DNA of 53,052 nucleotides from a bacterium (GTDB lineage Bacteria; Patescibacteriota; Saccharimonadia; Saccharimonadales; SZUA-47): NCBI GenBank assembly GCA_009923445.1, contig RFTN01000005.1, positions 1 to 53,052 of the forward strand, read 5' to 3'. Shown piece by piece: positions 49,097 to 53,052 of this stretch (position 1 is its first letter; each line of letters starts with the position of its first letter). The notes under the pieces were generated by a model. It saw only the letters and a program-made list of their open reading frames with translations, ran no database searches and was not told where the DNA came from. The position numbers and the translations under genes were made by a program.

Positions 49097-49615
49097 TCAC
49101 GCAAACAACTCCCACAACTCTCTGTTACGTTCATCACCACAACTAATCGTCCTTTCCGTAAAAAAATCATCACATGCATACACACTCAAATCAAAATTCG
49201 ACTCCGGTAATTCGGGATGAACATTTCTGATATAACCTAATACAGTATCGAGCTCAACCCTTGCAAAATCACACTTTTCCAAGTACATTACGAATCGCCG
49301 TATAAGCTGTGTACAGTCCAGTACATACCTACCTGATTCCACAAGGGAGCAATTTACAAATTTGGTCCTATTCTTAAGAAGACGCTCAGCATTTGTCAAA
49401 AAGTAATCCATTTGATGTTTTAGATCCGCCTGATGAGTATAGACAAAGCACACCTTGTGCACCTGACTGCTAGTCTCACTATGAGTATATGTATACTCCA
49501 CGACCTTGAGTCCGTTTATATTGTATTCGCAGTCCCTTACCAAGCCAACTTGCTGCACATTCCACTTGGCAATGTACATTACAATAACTCTCAGCACATT
49601 GTACACCAAGTACAT
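49097..49615 (-). CDS. Hypothetical protein
   Basis: The track start at 49654 is TTG and the first ATG is at 49615. About 172 aa. Confidence 0.6.
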   Translation of the reverse strand: MYLVYNVLRVIVMYIAKWNVQQVGLVRDCEYNINGLKVVEYTYTHSETSSQVHKVCFVYTHQADLKHQMDYFLTNAERLLKNRTKFVNCSLVESGRYVLDCTQLIRRFVMYLEKCDFARVELDTVLGYIRNVHPELPESNFDLSVYACDDFFTERTISCGDERNRELWELFA

Positions 49616-49752
49616 ACCGTACTCATACACCTTTTTTGCCAAGTAGCTAATCAAAAGTGTGCATTGGTCTTTTTAGAAGCCACCCCTGAACCTAGGTTTC
49701 TACTTCTCCCAAAAGAACACTTTGTAAAAATAAACCGGGGCCCTGTTTGACT

Positions 49753-50223
49753 TTATACAAAATTGTCGTATGCAATCGTTTGCTTAGTTGAAAAGAGTCT
49801 ATACAGTCCCTTGTTGAATTCCTTCACCAACTGCAGTTTTTCTTCTTTTGTGATTTCCGTTGGAATGACAAGAGGCGTCCTATTTATGCTGTAGTAACAC
49901 AGTCTAATGGATGGATTTCTATTCAAGAGCACAGCACATACATTTCTTTGAAAGTTTTTAATGTTTCCATTGCCAATGTACACAAACCACGTCATATGAC
50001 TTTTTTTAAGTTTTAGTTCATTGTACATTTTATTAAATGTATACAATCCATTTTTAACAACATCTTCGTTTTTTCCAACGCCTTTGTGAAAACGTTTGAA
50101 TTCGACAAGTGAGTACTCGGAAATATGTGTAATAGAGATGTGTGTGCGTAAACAATGTTCTATTATCTCTGTATCGTACGTCTGTGGAAGATCAATACAA
50201 TAGTATACTGATAACGGCAGCAT
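49753..50223 (-). CDS. Hypothetical protein
   Basis: 156-aa ATG ORF. Confidence 0.65.
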   Translation of the reverse strand: MLPLSVYYCIDLPQTYDTEIIEHCLRTHISITHISEYSLVEFKRFHKGVGKNEDVVKNGLYTFNKMYNELKLKKSHMTWFVYIGNGNIKNFQRNVCAVLLNRNPSIRLCYYSINRTPLVIPTEITKEEKLQLVKEFNKGLYRLFSTKQTIAYDNFV

Positions 50224-50343
50224 TTCCTTACAAAATCACAGCCCTTTTTTTTTCTGTATCAAACACACCGTTCCAATATTTAATACATGGACAAAAGCGC
50301 CACAACTACCGGCATCAAGAATGCTCGTCCAGCTAGGGGACTA

Positions 50344-50892
50344 TCAATTACTAATTTCAAGTTGTCTTCTCATAGATCCCATAGGTGTTTCGTAGCTAGA
50401 TTGTGACCACGGACCAACAGTTTGTTTAGGAATGGGTGGGGCGGATCTAAGATCATGATAAGGGATTTTGTTGGATTGTACTACAGTATTGACACCCACG
50501 TGATAGCCGCTGATGAGGAAGTTTTGTTCCTTAAGCAACTTCGATACAGGATTCTCCTTGGCAAAAGTACTTGCATCATCGTACTTGGGCAATAGGTCTT
50601 CGGTTTTTAGTTGAGGCTTTCCTTGGACAATTTCCTGGATATGAGAGTCATCAGTAACAGGGGCGGCTGTTTGTACGTCAGCAGGAGGTTGTACAATAGG
50701 TGCGGAAGTCACTACGGGGGATGGAGAAAGGTCTTGGTCAAGTCTAATTGGAACGTCAGAAACAGGAGTGTAAGATTCCTCCTTTTTAGTATATTGAATA
50801 AACAGGTAAATGCCCGCTACGATAAGTAGGATTTTAAGCAAATCGTTTTCTTGGATTTCCTTGAAGAGGTCTGCCATTTTATAATTGTACAT
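50344..50892 (-). CDS. Hypothetical membrane-anchored protein with a Pro/Val-rich linker
   Basis: The track start at 50988 is GTG. ATGs are at 50892 (MYNYKMADLF...) and 50877. It has a TM segment, LLKILLIVAGIYLFI. Confidence 0.65.
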   Translation of the reverse strand: MYNYKMADLFKEIQENDLLKILLIVAGIYLFIQYTKKEESYTPVSDVPIRLDQDLSPSPVVTSAPIVQPPADVQTAAPVTDDSHIQEIVQGKPQLKTEDLLPKYDDASTFAKENPVSKLLKEQNFLISGYHVGVNTVVQSNKIPYHDLRSAPPIPKQTVGPWSQSSYETPMGSMRRQLEISN

Positions 50893-50956
50893 AATAAAAA
50901 AGAATTGCAGGTTATTTAAAGATAAACTTCCCGGTACCTTAATAAGAACTGTAAGT

Positions 50957-51322
50957 ATGTCTACAGAAATGTCCACTTCAGATGACACTAGTTCCTTTAC
51001 AGAGTCAACTGCAGAATTGGTGAATATCGAGGATGTGATAGATATTTATGATTACTTTAAGGAAACATTCACATACTGTCCAGAATTCTTGGGCAAACTC
51101 TATTCTACTGATCTTACAAACTTTCTAGAGGACGTTGTTTCAAATTGTGTAACTCAACCACCGGTCAATATTGATAAATTTATAAATCAATTCAGCAACG
51201 AGCTTGAATTAAGTTACACCTGTGTAAATGGGTATCTTAAAAAAGTGTGTAACACAAATGTTACACCTGGAGAATGGGCAGCATTTTGTAAAGAATATAC
51301 CATCCATTTGAAGTACACTTAA
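50957..51322 (+). CDS. Hypothetical protein
   Basis: First ATG within the track ORF (TTG at 50885): MSTEMSTSDDTSSF... Its stop overlaps the convergent resolvase stop by 4 nt. Confidence 0.6.
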   Translation: MSTEMSTSDDTSSFTESTAELVNIEDVIDIYDYFKETFTYCPEFLGKLYSTDLTNFLEDVVSNCVTQPPVNIDKFINQFSNELELSYTCVNGYLKKVCNTNVTPGEWAAFCKEYTIHLKYT

Positions 51323-52017
51323 TGTCCATTTATTGCCATCAAAAACGTGTCTGCTAGATCATCTTTTTTACTATGCGACAAAAAGTACCCAAGCCACTTG
51401 TCGCATTGTTCTTTTGACAATTCATTTTGAAGAATCCATTTTGTGTATTCCACTCCAAGGTACTTCCTTTTTGCATATGTGCTTTTCAAATTACATATTA
51501 CACCAGGACCTTTATAAGCCTTTAGTTTTTGAGATGCCCTTACAAAACGTACAGGTATCTTCCGGTCAACTGTCGCATACAGTTCTACTAGCTTTCCATA
51601 AATAAGATGGCTTGTGAACATCATTTTGTTGTTCATTCTTGGTTGAAGTTCTATGAGCACTTTTGTTACTCTACTTGTAATTGGTTGGTGTTTGTTAAAG
51701 AAATGTGTTATAGCGTCTAATACAACCTTTGCAATGTCTTGAAGTAAATATTCCTTGACTTTCTTAAGGCGTATTGGTGACGCAATAGCCCCTTTTGGCA
51801 AGTGACGTTTACATGAATACACGGTGGTACCGTTATTTTTGTAAGTATATCCACATCGCTTTCCACACACAGTTCCGTCAAGATTTGTATTGGTGCAAGT
51901 ATTCTCTGCTGTGTCATCAAGTGTATTCGTGGTTTCCCAAAGCAGGATTTCCTTTTGGTTTGTCATGATACACAAGGCCAAGTTCTTAAGACCCACGTCA
52001 ATGCACAAGACAGCCAT
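51319..52017 (-). CDS. Holliday junction resolvase (poxvirus A22 / RuvC-like)
   Basis: It has MAVLCIDVGLKNLALCIM (catalytic Asp motif), ...VLIELQP..., ...DDLADTFLM... I prefer the ATG at 52017 over the upstream ATGs at 52095 and 52065 because family members start just before the IDxG motif. Confidence 0.8.
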   Translation of the reverse strand: MAVLCIDVGLKNLALCIMTNQKEILLWETTNTLDDTAENTCTNTNLDGTVCGKRCGYTYKNNGTTVYSCKRHLPKGAIASPIRLKKVKEYLLQDIAKVVLDAITHFFNKHQPITSRVTKVLIELQPRMNNKMMFTSHLIYGKLVELYATVDRKIPVRFVRASQKLKAYKGPGVICNLKSTYAKRKYLGVEYTKWILQNELSKEQCDKWLGYFLSHSKKDDLADTFLMAINGH

Positions 52018-52089
52018 CAATATGTAAAGTATATATAAATTAAATTCCGTAAGTAACCACGTCATATTTGTTTTATTAAGCACATGTAA

Positions 52090-52974
52090 ATGCATGTAAA
52101 TGACTTTGAAAAGTTGTCCTTGCGCAAATTTAAAATCAAGAACATTTTACCAGATGCAACAATTTTGATTCTAGGAAGAAGAAGATCAGGGAAATCGTTT
52201 TTAACACGCGACATATTTTTTCATCATCGCCATATTCCCTCTGGTGTGGTCTTTTCCGGCACTGAAGAAGCATCTCCCTTTTTCGGAGACTTTATCCCTG
52301 ATTGTTTCATTCACCCTGAATATGATCCCGAGTTGATTGAGAGTATCATGACAAAGCAAAAAAGAAAGATCCGTGAGGCCAAAATCAGTGGCAAGTCTGA
52401 AAACGGCAAACTAAACAGCAATAACTTATTCATTGTGCTTGATGATATGCTTCACGACGCCCAAAACTGGAAAAAAGAAAAGACCATTAAAAGCATATTC
52501 TTTAACGGCAGACATTACAACATCTTGTTTATATTGACAATGCAATATCCTCTGGGTATTACTCCTGAACTTCGAAGTAATATTGACTATGTGTTTATAT
52601 TTAATGAGCCTAGTATCAAAAACCGCAAAAAAATCTATGATGACTATGCCGGAATGATTCCATCATTTGACCACTTTTGCAATATTCTTGATAGCTGCAC
52701 ACAAAATCACGAATGCCTTGTTATTAAAACCAGCAGCAATAGCACAGACCTAAAGGATCAAATCTTTTGGTACAAAGCAGAACCTCATGAGAATTTCCGT
52801 GTAGGGCATAGTATATTTTGGAAATACCACAAGACAAATTACAATGAACATTACGAAGAAGACAATGATCAAGATGTACAAGAAGTCGAAAAACTTAAAA
52901 GAAAATTTGCCAAAACCAAAAAGCTCAAGGTGATTGTATCACGTCAAGGTGATATTGTAGGATACAAAATGTAA
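52090..52974 (+). CDS. A32-like DNA-packaging ATPase (FtsK/HerA superfamily)
   Basis: 294 aa with Walker A ILILGRRRSGKSFL, Walker B LFIVLDDM, and the following YNILFILTMQYPLGITPELRSNIDYVFIF. Confidence 0.9.
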   Translation: MHVNDFEKLSLRKFKIKNILPDATILILGRRRSGKSFLTRDIFFHHRHIPSGVVFSGTEEASPFFGDFIPDCFIHPEYDPELIESIMTKQKRKIREAKISGKSENGKLNSNNLFIVLDDMLHDAQNWKKEKTIKSIFFNGRHYNILFILTMQYPLGITPELRSNIDYVFIFNEPSIKNRKKIYDDYAGMIPSFDHFCNILDSCTQNHECLVIKTSSNSTDLKDQIFWYKAEPHENFRVGHSIFWKYHKTNYNEHYEEDNDQDVQEVEKLKRKFAKTKKLKVIVSRQGDIVGYKM

Positions 52975-53013
52975 TTTCTATTTACCTCATTTTTTTTACA
53001 TGGTAATAACAAA

Positions 53014-53052
53014 ATGGGACAAGCAGCCGGACCTCCTGGTCCACCTGGACCT
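53014..53052 (+). CDS. Start of a collagen-like (G-P-P repeat) protein, truncated by the window edge
   Basis: ATG GGA CAA GCA GCC GGA CCT CCT GGT CCA CCT GGA CCT reads MGQAAGPPGPPGP... Confidence 0.45.
   Translation, partial: MGQAAGPPGPPGP

Noticed and set aside
52017-52095. A longer resolvase ORF starting at ATG 52095, which forms a palindromic ATGCAT with the divergent ATPase start at 52090 and so implies overlapping divergent genes.
   Set aside because: The extra 26 residues (MHLHVLNKTNMTWLLTEFNLYILYIL) come before the family-typical start just ahead of the IDVGxKN motif. The internal ATG at 52017 leaves a normal 72-nt divergent promoter region. The overlap cannot be excluded without 5' end mapping.

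Overview
This window looks like a densely packed fragment of a giant dsDNA virus (Nucleocytoviricota), with AT-rich intergenic DNA and genes on both strands. Supporting hallmark genes are the major capsid protein (MCP), an A32-like packaging ATPase, an A22/RuvC-like Holliday junction resolvase, DNA topoisomerase II and PCNA. Auxiliary genes include dUTPase, a dNMP-kinase-like protein, a CK1-like Ser/Thr kinase, glutathione S-transferase, a patatin-like phospholipase, a thioredoxin-fold protein, a ricin-B lectin, a mucin-like secreted protein, an LRR protein, a hybrid histidine kinase and three large beta-helix fibre-like paralogues. I cannot assign a species; the gene content suggests an alga- or protist-infecting virus. 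The main feature is a concentration of self-splicing and selfish elements. (1) The MCP gene (47866-43503, minus strand) is not the two ORF fragments in the track. It is six exons separated by five group I introns, with micro-exons of 8 nt and 14 nt, and one intron carries a possible homing-endonuclease ORF. (2) The 1964-aa topoisomerase II ORF contains two paralogous LAGLIDADG inteins. (3) A T5orf172/GIY-YIG-like nuclease gene lies directly downstream of the MCP. Other points of interest are two extremely basic tandem-repeat proteins, a non-coding 158-bp x3 tandem repeat, frequent in-frame minisatellites, and hairpins or short tandem repeats at gene 3' ends. All functional calls come from motif recognition by eye; no database searches were run.
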